A DNA stretch of 64,000 bases, taken from NCBI GenBank assembly GCA_002269645.1, contig NIVC01000689.1:1-64000 (forward strand), read 5' to 3'. The DNA comes from Macrostomum lignano. Taxonomy: Eukaryota. The position numbers and the translations under genes were made by a program. The notes beneath the pieces were generated by a model. It worked only from the letters and a program-made list of their open reading frames with translations. It searched no databases and was not told the origin of the DNA. Shown one piece after another: positions 1 to 11,416 of this stretch. Position 1 is the first letter of the stretch. The number at the start of each line of letters is the position of its first letter.

Positions 1-1078
1 GACGTATGTCTAATATATATTCAATTTTTTGTAAACTTTGCACTTCTCTAGCTGACGCCCCACATCTTTGTAGTTTACGCCTCACGGCTGTGAGATATTC
101 TTCAACAAGCTGTTGTTGTTGTATGAAAATGCCAATCCCCCTGTTCTGTTGTATCTTGAAGAAAAAACTTTAGAATTATATTTAGAATTGAAAGAAATAG
201 CGAGGGGGATAAAATCCCTTTTAGGATATTAAAAACCGGCTGATAAGGAAATTTCTATTTAATCTGTTGGGAGACGGCGACTGAATCTCGTCCAGAGAGA
301 CTCTAACCTCTTAATGTGATGTCCGATTTCCGTTTCGGAATCCTGGAACTCAGCTTTGCTATCCGATATCCGATCATCCTGGTGTTCATTATGTAGCAAA
401 TAATCTTAGCTGAATTTTTTTTCAGATCCTCAGCGTAGTTCCACACGCAATGGTATTCATGTAGTTTTCCATCGATTCACCTTTTCTGTCTCTCTTATTC
501 AAAGAACTTCTTAGCCTTTCACAGTTGTCCCTTCTATCTGAGTAAACAAATATCAGCATTTTTTTGCCTGAAAACTAAGTCATCCTTCAATCTGCAACCT
601 CCTTCAACTCAACTTAAATATAGCCTACGAGATTTTCGAACGGGCAAATACACGTTTGGTCCGAGTTGGTGTCACAAGTTTATCAGTAAGAAATACGAGT
701 TGAAAAAACTTGTCTCGCCAAACTGATTTCAGAACTCGACCATGCATACAGACTTCCATAAATATAAAGTGACGATTTTAAACTTTAAACTAAACCATCA
801 ACCATCAATAAAATTCAGTTAATTTGACGCTCTTGTCCCTAATTAAGGTTTTCTGTCTTGGTCAAGAGCTAAATTATAAGTACACTAGGAGTACTTTTTA
901 ACAGTAAAAATCAAGTAGAAACTAACTTGGAGGAAGAAGTGACTACCTCTATTAATTTATCTCGGTAATATAATTTGCAGTGAAAACTGGCCTACATTTG
1001 AAATTTGAATCATTGCTAGCACTTTATCAAGCTCGCTTTTTAACGCCAATCGAATGCAACGTTTCTCCCCTCCAGAAC

Positions 1079-1391
1079 ATGCCCGACTCAATGATTGAGG
1101 AAGTCATGCAATCTGAGCGGCAGTACTTCCAGCAGGTCTCGCCAACCGAGTGGGTTGTAGTCACAATCCAGCTGTTGATCCTGATGGTTTCGCTGCTCGG
1201 TAATGGGCTATTTCTGTGCATCGTCGGGTGCAACCGGGCTCTGCGACGCCGAGTCTCGTGCCTGATGCTCAACCTGAGCTGCTCGAGCCTGTTTGTGAGC
1301 CTGGTCTGCATTCCTGACCGGATTGCCATGATAATTAGCAAAGGGCATCCGCTTGGTGACGCTGGATGCAAAGCGTCCGCTTTCATTCACG
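1079..1391 (+). CDS. Class A (rhodopsin-like) GPCR, neuropeptide-receptor-like, exon 1 of 3 (TM1-TM2-start of TM3)
   Basis: ATG at 1079 just after an acceptor (tttctcccctccag, ends 1075); TM1 ...LLGNGLF, TM2 NLSCSSLFVSLVCIP, TM3 Cys (GCK); donor G|GTGAGC at 1392, phase 1. Confidence 0.88.
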
Positions 1392-1517
1392 GTGAGCCAG
1401 TTGCCCTATCAGTCTTGTCCAGGTTTGGTGATTTAGTTAAAGTAAATTTAACTTTTATATATTTTTCTTTGATAAAACCTGCCTCCAAAAATGCTTACTT
1501 ACTTACAAAGATATCAA

Positions 1518-2023
1518 CTCAAGATACTTAAGCAGTGTATTAGTTGGTAGTCTATAGCTATTCATATCTTGCTCTAAAACCTCGTACTAGTGAATGAAGA
1601 CGCTGTCGTCTTCAAAGGTGGGACGATAGTTTATATTGTCCATTATTGTTTAATGGCTATGACCTGTGTTTCACCCGAATTAAGAGCTAAAAAGCCCCCC
1701 CCACGCCCCTGGCATTAGTTAGTCTAGTGGGGGGCTCGCCGCCCCCACGCCCCCGGCATTAGTTAGTCTAGTGGTCTAGTGGGGGGCTCGCCGCCCCCAC
1801 GCCCCTGGCATTAGTTAGTCTAGTGGTATATAATGTATGAAAAAGCCCCCCACGCCCTTGGCATTAGTTAGTCTAGTGGTCTAGTGGGGGGCTCGCCGCC
1901 CCACGCCCCCGGCATTAGTTAGTCTAGTGGTCTAGTGGGGGGGGGGCTGGCCAAGATACTTAAGCAGTGTATTAGTTGGCAGTCTATAGCTATTCATATC
2001 TTGCTCTAAAAACCTCGTACTAG
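1518..2023 (+). mobile_element. Tandem Helitron-like 3' termini plus a duplicated ~72-bp segment in GPCR intron 1
   Basis: Repeated GGGGGGCTCGCCGCCCCC...ATTAGTTAGTCTAGT units (GC hairpin followed by CTAG-T); segment 1518-1590 recurs at 1952-2023, both ending CGTACTAG. Confidence 0.4.
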
Positions 2024-2029
2024 ATACAA

Positions 2030-2163
2030 GGACCACTAGAAGTTACCGTTGTATCAGAACGCAACACTCGTAAATATTGCAAAATTGTTTGAAGGCCCGC
2101 TTGTTTGCATTACAGCTAAACTTTAAATGCTCATATGCATACAACCGTAACTTCTAGTGGTCC
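2030..2163. mobile_element. Small MITE-like inverted-repeat element
   Basis: GGACCACTAGAAGTTACCGTTGTAT (2030-2054) and its reverse complement with 1 mismatch (2139-2163); no clear TSD. Confidence 0.5.
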
Positions 2164-2245
2164 CTGACTAGCTACTTTTTCAGATTTTTCATTGGAGTAG
2201 ATAAGTCTTATCAAAACTGAAAAACCTTTGTTGATTCGTTGGCAG

Positions 2246-2777
2246 CATTCGCCATACTGCTGAATACCCTGTCGCTGGTCTTCATGGCGATAATTCGAGC
2301 CCGGATGAGCGCCGCGGTGCAGGCCGGTGCCAGCCGCCTTGCCAGCAGCACTCTCGCTGCCAGCGTAGCCTTCTGCTGGACTCTGGCCTTGGCGCTGTCC
2401 GCTCCGGCCCTGTTCATTAACTCGCTGCGGATTATTCGGCTGCACAGGGTCGAGAACTTGTCGCTCAACCAGACTGAAAAGTACTTCGACACGCCCTATC
2501 AGTACTGCACTGAGACCTGGCCGGAAGAACAATTCGCTAAACAGATTGTTTCACTGGCGCTGCTCATTGCCCTGGCCATCTGCCCGTTGGCCGTCATTTT
2601 CCTCAGCTATGGCATCGTGGCGCGGGCCATCCTGCGCCATTTTTCCCGTCTGGAAAGTCAGCGCACGGCTGCTGTCACGTATGAGCTGGGCTTGCCAGAA
2701 GACGAGGCGGTCGAGATTTGCGTCTCCGCCATGCCAGCTTCGAGTCAGGAAAAACAGTTTCAAACTTCGTCTACAAG
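2246..2777 (+). CDS. GPCR exon 2 (TM3-TM5, ECL2, start of ICL3)
   Basis: Acceptor ttggcag| gives in-frame ...FIH-A-FAILLNTLSLVFMAIIRAR; TM4 Trp (FCWTLAL), ECL2 Cys (YCTETW), TM5 CPLAVIFLSY; donor AG|GTGACT at 2778, phase 2. Confidence 0.88.
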
Positions 2778-3038
2778 GTGACTGGCTGGCACAGAAGTGC
2801 AAAGTACTAATTGTACTCTTTAGCGCATGTTCACTTCCCCATGAGCAATTAGTTGCAGCCCACGCGTTCATGAAGTTTGGTTGTCTGAGTAATTATCCTA
2901 GAGCACTTGGTGACCCGAGCAGGTCCCCAGGCAGACAAAGTATAGACGGAGTATTTACCATCGTACTACATAAATGAGTTGGAACCCATCGATCAGGCAG
3001 TTGTCTTAATTAACCTTTTATCTCCTTGCTTAATTTAG

Positions 3039-3459
3039 GAACCCTGCCCTTTGCGGGTCGAGTTCTCGTGGTCCTCAGCAGCAGCTAATGACGCAGCAGC
3101 AGCAGCAGCAGCAGCAGCTAATGACGCAGCAGCAACTGCCGCCATCGTTGGACGCCGGCACCCACAGGCGCGCTCTCCGGACGATAATAATTCTGGTTGC
3201 TTGCTTCTTCCTTTGCTGGCTGCCCAAAGAGCTTCTAATTATGTTGCAAAACTTCTTCTGGAGCAAGCCAAGTCAGTACGGCCGCCCCGCTGCTGACGGC
3301 AGCTGGCTGAGCAACATGCTTGAGTACGCGACCACTCTGCAGTACGCGCACGCCGCCTTGTCAGCCTTCCTCTATCCCTACCTCAGCTCTGACTATCGAG
3401 CCCGGCTAAACCAGCTGATGCACCGGCTTTGCCGACCCTGTCGCCGGCAACTAATTTGA
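3039..3459 (+). CDS. GPCR exon 3 (polyQ ICL3, TM6-TM7, C-tail); spliced product 421 aa
   Basis: Acceptor taatttag| phase-compatible; TM6 CFFLCWLP; TM7 ...AALSAFLY; TGA 3457-3459; exon sum 1266 nt = 422 codons. Confidence 0.88.
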
Positions 3460-5619
3460 GCTGCTCAGAGATGATCAAGCAAAAGCGCAGCCGATCTTCA
3501 TCTTCAATGCAAACTGCAGAAGTGACGGCCTGTCATCCTGTCAATTTCGAGAGACACAAAAATCACTCCCCTCCTCGTATAGCGTATGAGATAAGAGAGA
3601 ACAGCGCTGACTACAAAATCCCCACGCCTCTAATCCTTGTCCCTAATGCCATTCCGTATTGTTACTTTTCATCTTGTTGCTTTTTTCTTGTTCCGAATCT
3701 TGTTTTTATCTCTCTGCTTCTGTCCCACGCAGTACTTTTCAACATCAAAGCTGTAAATCTGCATTAGCTCAGGACGGCTCCGACTGCGAAGTCCCCAGAA
3801 ACTGTTCGTCGACTCTTTTCCTGCCGCGCTTCGACAGTCAATAGATGATTTAGCCAGCAGAAGACCGAGTGCTTGGGGCTGGGAATTTTCCCGGCTTTCT
3901 TTGACAACGCCATCGCAGAAGCAAAGGCTACTCAGCTCTGCTTCCCTGCCTGTAATTCACAATTAAAGCATCCAATTCCATAAGCAGATTTTGCCGATTG
4001 ACTCGGAGACTCGAATTATCGTCTTATTTCTCTGCCAGGCTATAATTATAGAACGGATCTACCAGCAGCCTTTGTATTTGATTCCATGCGCCCGCATGAA
4101 TCGGGCCCAAATTAGCAGGCTCGTGATCGATTGAATTATTTGGGAGGGTCATATCTTGCATGATTCTATATGCATTGTTGCTTTAGAGACATTTAATTTG
4201 ATTTATATGGAAAATTATTCAAATTATCATTACCCATATGTTACTTTCTTGTTTAAATATGTTTTGTTTGCCTAAATGTTTAAACGAAACAAAACAAATA
4301 AATTTTGTTTACCCTCGACTTTGAAAAATCGTTATTATAGCCGGCTATTTAAACTGCTTTCAACTATATGTGATTAAAAACTAAAAAATGATGAGTATAA
4401 ACTTGAAAGTATAAACTTCAAGTATAAACTTGAAGATAGAGAAAAAAGAATTTTTTTCGTTTAACAATAATATAAAAGTCAGACAAGTCCCAACCCCAAT
4501 GCAACAGAAATTTATTTAAACTCTGCTTTTGTTTTACAGTTCTTTAATTAAAACAATCAATAATTAAAAAAAGTCACTTGAAAAGATTTAAACAGATTTC
4601 AAGGGTTCAACGAGGTTTAGAAAAAAGATTTTATTTAGCATAGAAGATTACAACAATTAATTTGTATGACAGCTTCTGTAATTTGTTTTACATTGCCAGG
4701 AGTGTCAGTTAACATGCTGCAAGCATGGCGTAGACGATCGAGCATTATAATTTTGAATCTTAATTTTTACAATTTTTAACAAAATTAATGGTGATACGAG
4801 CTAGAACGAAAATTTCAAAACTATTTTTGACTGGGAACTGGGAATGTTGCCTCGCTGTCTCTGGGAGCGAACAGTATTTCCTGGCTCCTGCTTATGCTAC
4901 AATGACATTTCTTACGGGTGTTCAGAATAACCTCTTCAGAATAACAAAAATAACAAAATGAGTAAGTTATAGTAGCTTATTAATTGTCACTGATCTTTGA
5001 ACCTTTGAATCACAAAATGTTATGATAGCCCCGTAGACTAACATTTTTTTAAGTAGAAGACAAAAGTCGCCCGAAAAGAATCCTGGTTTTGCTATGCTGA
5101 TAACATTGTTTGTTGAGGTCAAAATGCTCTTTGAAGATAGAGAAATGGTGACAGTCGAACGTCTGGCGACTTCCAAGTACAATTGGCACGCCAAGTCTCC
5201 CACCCTTGAACTCGCTTGAACTAACCCAGAATTAATCCCGATAATCCCTTTGCTACCATTGAATTTTTCTAATTGCAAGAAAATCCGGTATGGTGGCAGC
5301 TCTACAGTGATTTTCTGATTGCAAAAGAAGAGGAGACTGAAAGCAATTGGTGAGTCTGCAGCGCTTTGCTAATTAATGTACTTCTTCAGCCAGTATTCGC
5401 TTTGCTCGGAGACCGTAAAACCCGCAGGCTGAGAGCACAAACGAGCATAAACAGCTCTAAATTTAGAATTTTTTAATCCTAAAGATTATGAAGACTTTGG
5501 AAAGGATCGAATGAAAAATTTGATTTTGTTGAAACACTACCCACTCTGCATGTCAGCTAATTATAGAAATGAGCGGGAGGCTACAGCGTCTGCACGTGAG
5601 CTGGCATCATTCTTTTTGC

Positions 5620-5745
5620 CGATGTCTATGGCCGAAGTATCAACTTGCTTGCCTTTTAATTATCAGTCTACCGCGTCTATGTCTATGGGCAAGATGGAAT
5701 ATAATGGCACTGCTGCCAAATGGAAATTCTCAACTTGGTCGGCTT
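5620..5745 (+). repeat. Dispersed repeat, second copy at about 62897-62997
   Basis: Shared blocks ATGGCCGAA..ATCAACTTG.TTGCCTTTT, ATGTCTATGGGCAA and CTGCCAAATGG.AATTCTCAACTTGG. Confidence 0.6.
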
Positions 5746-6318
5746 ATGTATAGCGCAACCCTCAGAGAAAAGCTACAAAAGACTACAAAAAAACTAAAAT
5801 AAATCGGATGGATTGCCAAATCATTTTACAACTCTTTATCATGCAAAGGCTGTTCAATATTTTGACCAAAGTACACGATTTAATTCCATCCAATATACTA
5901 AAAGTGAGTGTACGTGTGTCTGTGACACGCTTGAAAGCGAACCGTTTGACCGATTTTATTCATTTTCTTCTTTTAAATGGCCTTCTTCAAGCTGTGTGGC
6001 ACTGATACGTTTGCTAAACGCTTGCTGTGCACGGAGCAGATCTTGGAGCAGATGTCCATCAAAGGGTGAATTTCCCCCAAGGGGGCTTATCGTGCTAGTT
6101 TGTCATCTGAAAATTTGATTTATCCATGCTTTTAGAGAAGAACCTCAGTTAAGACGAGTTCATTAATGGCAAGGTGTTTAAATTGACTTGCACTCTTTCA
6201 GGTTTGAATCGGAAAAGGTGCACCGTAGCTATCTTAATTTCTTCCTTGCCCTAAAGCAAAAGTTAATAGTTATGGAGTTTTCGCAAGAACTGTCAATTAC
6301 TTTTACTTGATCAATTAT

Positions 6319-6982
6319 TTATAGCGCAGGGGAGGCGCTGCCGAGGCGCTGACGGGCAGGCGACCGAGCTCCCGCGATGTCAGCAGTTCATCTACCTTGG
6401 CGGTCTGGTTCCAGGCGCTCGCGAGGACCTGCGACGCCGCCGCGGGCTTGCCTGGGCTGCCTTTCGTTCTGTGAGGGCAGTCCTGCAGTCCCAGGCCCTA
6501 CCGGACCGCCAGAGGGCGGCGCTGTTCCAGGCGGTAATCGAGACCGTCCTGCTCTACAACGCCGAGACCTGGACGCTGACGGACTCACTCGAACAGCAAG
6601 TCGATGCGGCGCACGCTGGCCTGCTGCGCGCCGCCTTCAACATCGGCGTCGAGCGAGTCAACAACGCGGCACTCTATCGCCGCGCTGGCCTGCCACGTCC
6701 AAGCGATCTACTGCGCCGTCGGCGACTCCAGCTCGCAGGCCATCTCATCCGCGCCGAGTCGTACTGCCCACAGCCGGTGCAGGAGGTGCTGCTGCTCACG
6801 CTGCAGGCACCCTACCGGTGAGGTCAAGCGCGAACTCGGCGTTACGTCGACTGTCTGCTGGCTGACTCCGGCGCCCCGGACACTGCCGGTGGCGCGGCCT
6901 TTGTTCGCGCCCAAGCCATGAAGCGCGCCCTGTGACGTTGACTTTTGCCATCCTGACAGCGTATTTTGTTGTGTTGTTGTTG
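6319..6982 (+). mobile_element. 5'-truncated RTE-clade non-LTR retrotransposon (end of RT/thumb and C-terminal region)
   Basis: Frame 6330-6935 reads ...QQFIYLGGLV...LFQAVIETVLLYNAETWTLT...RRRRLQLAGHLIR...; one in-frame TGA at 6819; (GTT)n 3' tail; 12-bp TSD TTGATCAATTAT at 6307-6318 and 6983-6994. Confidence 0.9.
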
Positions 6983-7530
6983 TTGATCAATTATAAATAA
7001 AGTTTTTGAGTGCTATGCTAAATATCTATATGAATCATCTAGCGGTATGATGCCACTACGGAAGTGTGGCTTAACAGTACGAGTAGAACTACGAGCTACC
7101 AAGAGAGGGAATCCCCCCTGACAACTTTTTTTTGCTGCGCCGGAGCAGAGCAATACAGGCACATGAAATTCAAGAACACGGCCTAAATTTTTGTTGTGCA
7201 CCTTCTCAAACAATAATCAAGTTGCCAGCTCTACGGACCGTCGAGATATTTGACGATTGAACTGCCAGAAGGTCGGGTTTTTTCCATAAGCGCCAGTGTA
7301 TTCAGTACATCCCTGTGCGCCAATCACCACTGCGCCTCAGTACAGCCTTGCCAAGCCTCCAAATTTCATCAGCAAGTCGACCACATGTGTCTGCATCAGC
7401 TCTGACTGGTCAGTCCAGCTCGATGAATAAGTTGATAACGGCCATCCCACAGCAAGTTGGTTAGATCTGTTTATAAAATTCTGGCGGCGCTGTGTGCTCT
7501 CTTAAAAATATACAGGGTCTTTCCTCCAAT

Positions 7531-7719
7531 TTTGGCCATAGACAACTGATTGACCAATGCATTCTATGGGACTGGCCATTGACATGAAGTGTTTACGAAT
7601 CGTCATTTACCTGTTTCGGCCATAGACAATTCAACCAATGCAGCTAAATGAAGCGAGAGTTTAAGTTACTGGCCGAGGTCACGAGTGACTGCGGCGTGCT
7701 GAGGATGTCTATGGCCAAA
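7531..7719. mobile_element. Short inverted-repeat element with GGCCATAGACA termini
   Basis: TTTGGCCATAGACA (7531-7544) and TGTCTATGGCCAAA (7706-7719); extra internal copy near 7618. Confidence 0.4.
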
Positions 7720-8413
7720 ACTAATTGATTCAGTGCGACGAGACTGTTATTCTCTAAGCTACTGCTTGCTAGCCGGCTTAATAAATCTCCAATTAAGGTA
7801 GTGAAGGACTCAGAAGTCGACTCGTGCTCACCAGCCAATAGTAATTAGTATTTATTCAACCGAATAAATCTGATAGAGCTCCTGCGCTTTCCCATGAAGT
7901 CTAGAAAATTAAAAATCACAGCGGGTGGTGGCGATGATGTCGTGACACTGACAAATTAATTTGTTTCTTTCTGCTGCTGCATGGAAATTAGTTTTTTTTA
8001 ATCAAAATACAGCCTCACAATAGGCCGGAACTGCGCTTTGTTTTTGTGGTCCAATTAAAAAAATTAAAAAATAATTAATATTTTGTACACAATTGAAACA
8101 ATTTCTTTTACAACCATATTATCATAGGATGAGAAACAGTTTTATTTTAACACTAAGCACACGATTGTCTGCTAAGAGTAGACGTAGAAGGTCATAAAGG
8201 TCGTTTACTTTTCTACAGCTTTAGTATTTGAATTTTACTCAGAAATTGGTGGGCCTGTTTAAAGGGTCTGCCTCTTCTTGAATGAAAAACTCCAATGGAT
8301 AAAAGTGATCATTCGGGGGGACATTTGGGGGGAAATAACATCCGCATCGCTTTTTACAGCCCTTTTTCCTTTCATATTTTGACTAAATTGCACCTGATGA
8401 AAATTATTTTCCA

Positions 8414-10143
8414 CTAAGGCAGAAAGACAATGCAACTAAAGCAGAAAGACAATGCAATTAAAGCAGAAAGACAATGCAATTAAGGCAGAAAGACACTGCA
8501 ACTAAGGCAGAAAGACAATGCAACTAAGGCAGAAAGACAATGCAACTAAGGAAGAAAGACAATGCAACTAAGGCAGAAAGACAATGCAAGTAAGGCAGAA
8601 AGACAATGCAACTAAGGCAGAAAGACAATGCAACTAAGGCAGAAATACAATGCCACGAAGGCAGAAAGACAATGCAACTAAGGCAGAAAGACAATGCAAC
8701 TTAGGTAGAAAGACAATGCAACTAAAACAGAAAGACACTGCAACTAAGGCAGAAAGACAATGCAACTAAGGCAGAAAGACAATGCAACTAAGGCAGAAAG
8801 ACAATTAAACTAAGGCAGAAAGACAATACAACGAAGGCAGAAAGACAATGCAACTAAGGAAGAAAGACAATGCAACTAAGGCAGAAAGACAATGCAACTA
8901 AGGCAGAAAGACAATACAACGAAGGCAGAAAGACAATGCAACTTAGGCAGAAAGACAATGCAACTTAGGCAGAAAGACAATGCAACTAAGGCAGAAAGAC
9001 AATGCAACTAAGGAAGAAAGACAATGCAACTAAGGCAGAAAGACAATGCAAGTAAGGCAGAAAGACAATGCAACTAAGGCAGAAAGACAATGCAACTAAG
9101 GCAGAAATACAATGCAACGAAGGCAGAAAGACAATGCAACTAAGGCAGAAAGACAATGCAACTTAGGTAGAAAGACAATGCAACTAAAACAGAAAGACAC
9201 TGCAACTAAGGCAGAAAGACAATGCAACTAAGGCAGAAAGACAATGCAACTAAGGCAGAAAGACAATTAAACTAAGGCAGAAAGACAATACAACGAAGGC
9301 AGAAAGACAATGCAACTAAGGAAGAAAGACAATGCAACTAAGGCAGAAAGACAATGCAACTAAGGCAGAAAGACAATACAACGAAGGCAGAAAGACAATG
9401 CAACTTAGGCAGAAAGACAATGCAACTTAGGCAGAAAGACAATACAACGAAGGCAGAAAGACAATGCAACTTAGGCAGAAAGACAATGCAACTAAGGCAG
9501 AAAGACACTGCAACTAAGGCAGAAAGACAATGCAACTAAGGAAGAAAGTCAATGCAAATAAGGCAGAAAGACAATGCAACTTAGGTAGAAAGACACTGCA
9601 ACTAAGGCAGAAAGACAATGCAACTAAGGCAGAAAGACAATGCAACTAAGGAAGAAAGACAATGCAACTAAGGCAGAAAGACAATGCAACTAAGGCAGAA
9701 AGACAATGCAACTAAGGCAGAAAGACAATGCAACTAAGGCAGAAAGACAATGCAACTTAGGCAGAAAGACAATGCAACTAAGGCAGAAAGACAATGCAAC
9801 TAAGGCAGAAAGACAATGCAACTTAGATAGAAAGACAATGCAACTAAGGCAGAAAGACAATGCAACTAAGGCAGAAAGACAATGCAACTAAGGCAGAAAG
9901 ACAACGCAACTAAGGCAGAAATACAATGCAACTAAGACAGAAAGACAATGCACCTTAGATAGAAAGACAATGCAACTTAGGTAGAAATACAATGCAACTA
10001 AGGCAGAAATAGAATGCAACTAAGGCAGAAATACAATGCAACTAAGGCAGAAATACAATGCAACTAAAACAGAAAGACAATGCAACTAAGGCAGAAAGAC
10101 AATGCAACTAAGGCAGAAAGACAATGCAACTAAGGCAGAAAAC
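8414..10143. repeat. 22-bp minisatellite (AAGGCAGAAAGACAATGCAACT)n with a 462-bp higher-order duplication
   Basis: Direct reading; rare variants recur at exactly 462 bp (8551/9013, 8801/9263). Confidence 0.97.
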
Positions 10144-10377
10144 TGCAAATGCAAATGAAAATTATTGCGGTTGCGCTCTGTAACTGGATTTAGACGGTTT
10201 TTGCATACCATAGAAACGAGGTTTTTGCCATAGCCAAAACGTCTGGAAAATTCCACTGAATACTCTGTTGAAAATCCGGCTGAGAAACGAGTGTAGCGGC
10301 CACTTTAGTTGACCACATACTAATAATCATATTTGGATAATTAAGGGTACTAAGGGCACCATGGCCCCACGCTTTAA

Positions 10378-10550
10378 GCGACATCGTCCCCTGAGGCAAT
10401 TCTGCCCATTCCGCTGACTCCTCAGCACATGCAGGCCGCCAATACTGTGCTCAGGCACGCACTCAGACACGCTCACACAGAGTGTACAGCAGCCCTGACT
10501 TTCTAATCGTCAGGCATGTACACTCTCCGTGCCTTGGGGGTTGGCCCTCA
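10378..10550 (+). repeat. Dispersed repeat with a bulged hairpin; second copy about 16620-16740
   Basis: GTACAGC.GCCC..TGACTTTCTAAT.GTCAGGCATGTACACTC shared by both copies; stem GAGTGTACA/TGTACACTC at 10480-10525. Confidence 0.6.
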
Positions 10551-11416
10551 AGCACGTGACACCGATAGTCAGAAGCGTTTACCACTGATCGGCCCCGCCA
10601 CTTTCAGATTGACCAATAGCTGAAATGCAGAACAAAATTCACACGCGAACCTTTAAATATAAGCCAAACAACGACCGTTTTGAAATGCCGCAAATTATAG
10701 CGAGGTCGCGTGCGCGCGATGCCTATTTTTGTATTTGTTATTTTGCTTCGTGAAAACAACAGATAAACAGCGCGCGGCTCTTTTCCGAGACCGCTTCGCA
10801 AATATGTAAGGAATTCGCTGAAAGCAAATAAAGCTTTCGGAAACTTAATGACTCAGTCACTGCTCCTTTTGTAGAAGCAGATAGATCAACAGAACAGTTT
10901 GGAATTTTTGCACAGCACATGTCCACTGTGAAGTTGCAACTTTTGCTTCCTTTGTCAACATGCATAGAATACAGCTGGGCGAGGGCATGAAAAATACTAA
11001 CGTCTTTGCGGACAGGATCCACTACTGAACAGGTGCTAATACTATTCATATAGGATATAGAGGTAATTCAGCTGCGAGAGCTCGTAGGAAAAAGTCTTGA
11101 TAAGTGACAATAATATAATAATATACACTGATTAGGGACAAATAATGCGCAGATTTGTAACTAAGAAATCTACAGGTTAATTGCAAGATGAGGTAATTAG
11201 CTTTGAATTTATCGATGTACACGTAGAAATTACAATATAAATATGATTGACTGACTGGACAAAATAAAAACCAAATGTTTTCTTGGATTTGTCTTTGAGT
11301 TCAGTGCTCCAACTAAAGCGGTTGAGGGGTGTCGTTGAATAAAATATGAACACAACATTATAATTATTATATAAACGAATTGTAAATTTTTGTTGATCTG
11401 GAGTTACAAGTCGGTT

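Noticed and set aside
1-560. Possible decayed gag/endonuclease-like coding on the minus strand (RKGESMENY, RGIGIFI)
   Set aside because: Short motifs broken by stops; cannot be assigned without a search.
7075-7092. AGTACGAG..GAAC resemblance to the LSU rRNA sarcin-ricin loop
   Set aside because: Short imperfect match with no flanking rRNA similarity.
8414-10143. CRISPR-like regular repeats
   Set aside because: Head-to-tail units with no unique spacers, no cas genes, eukaryotic context. The same applies to all other arrays.
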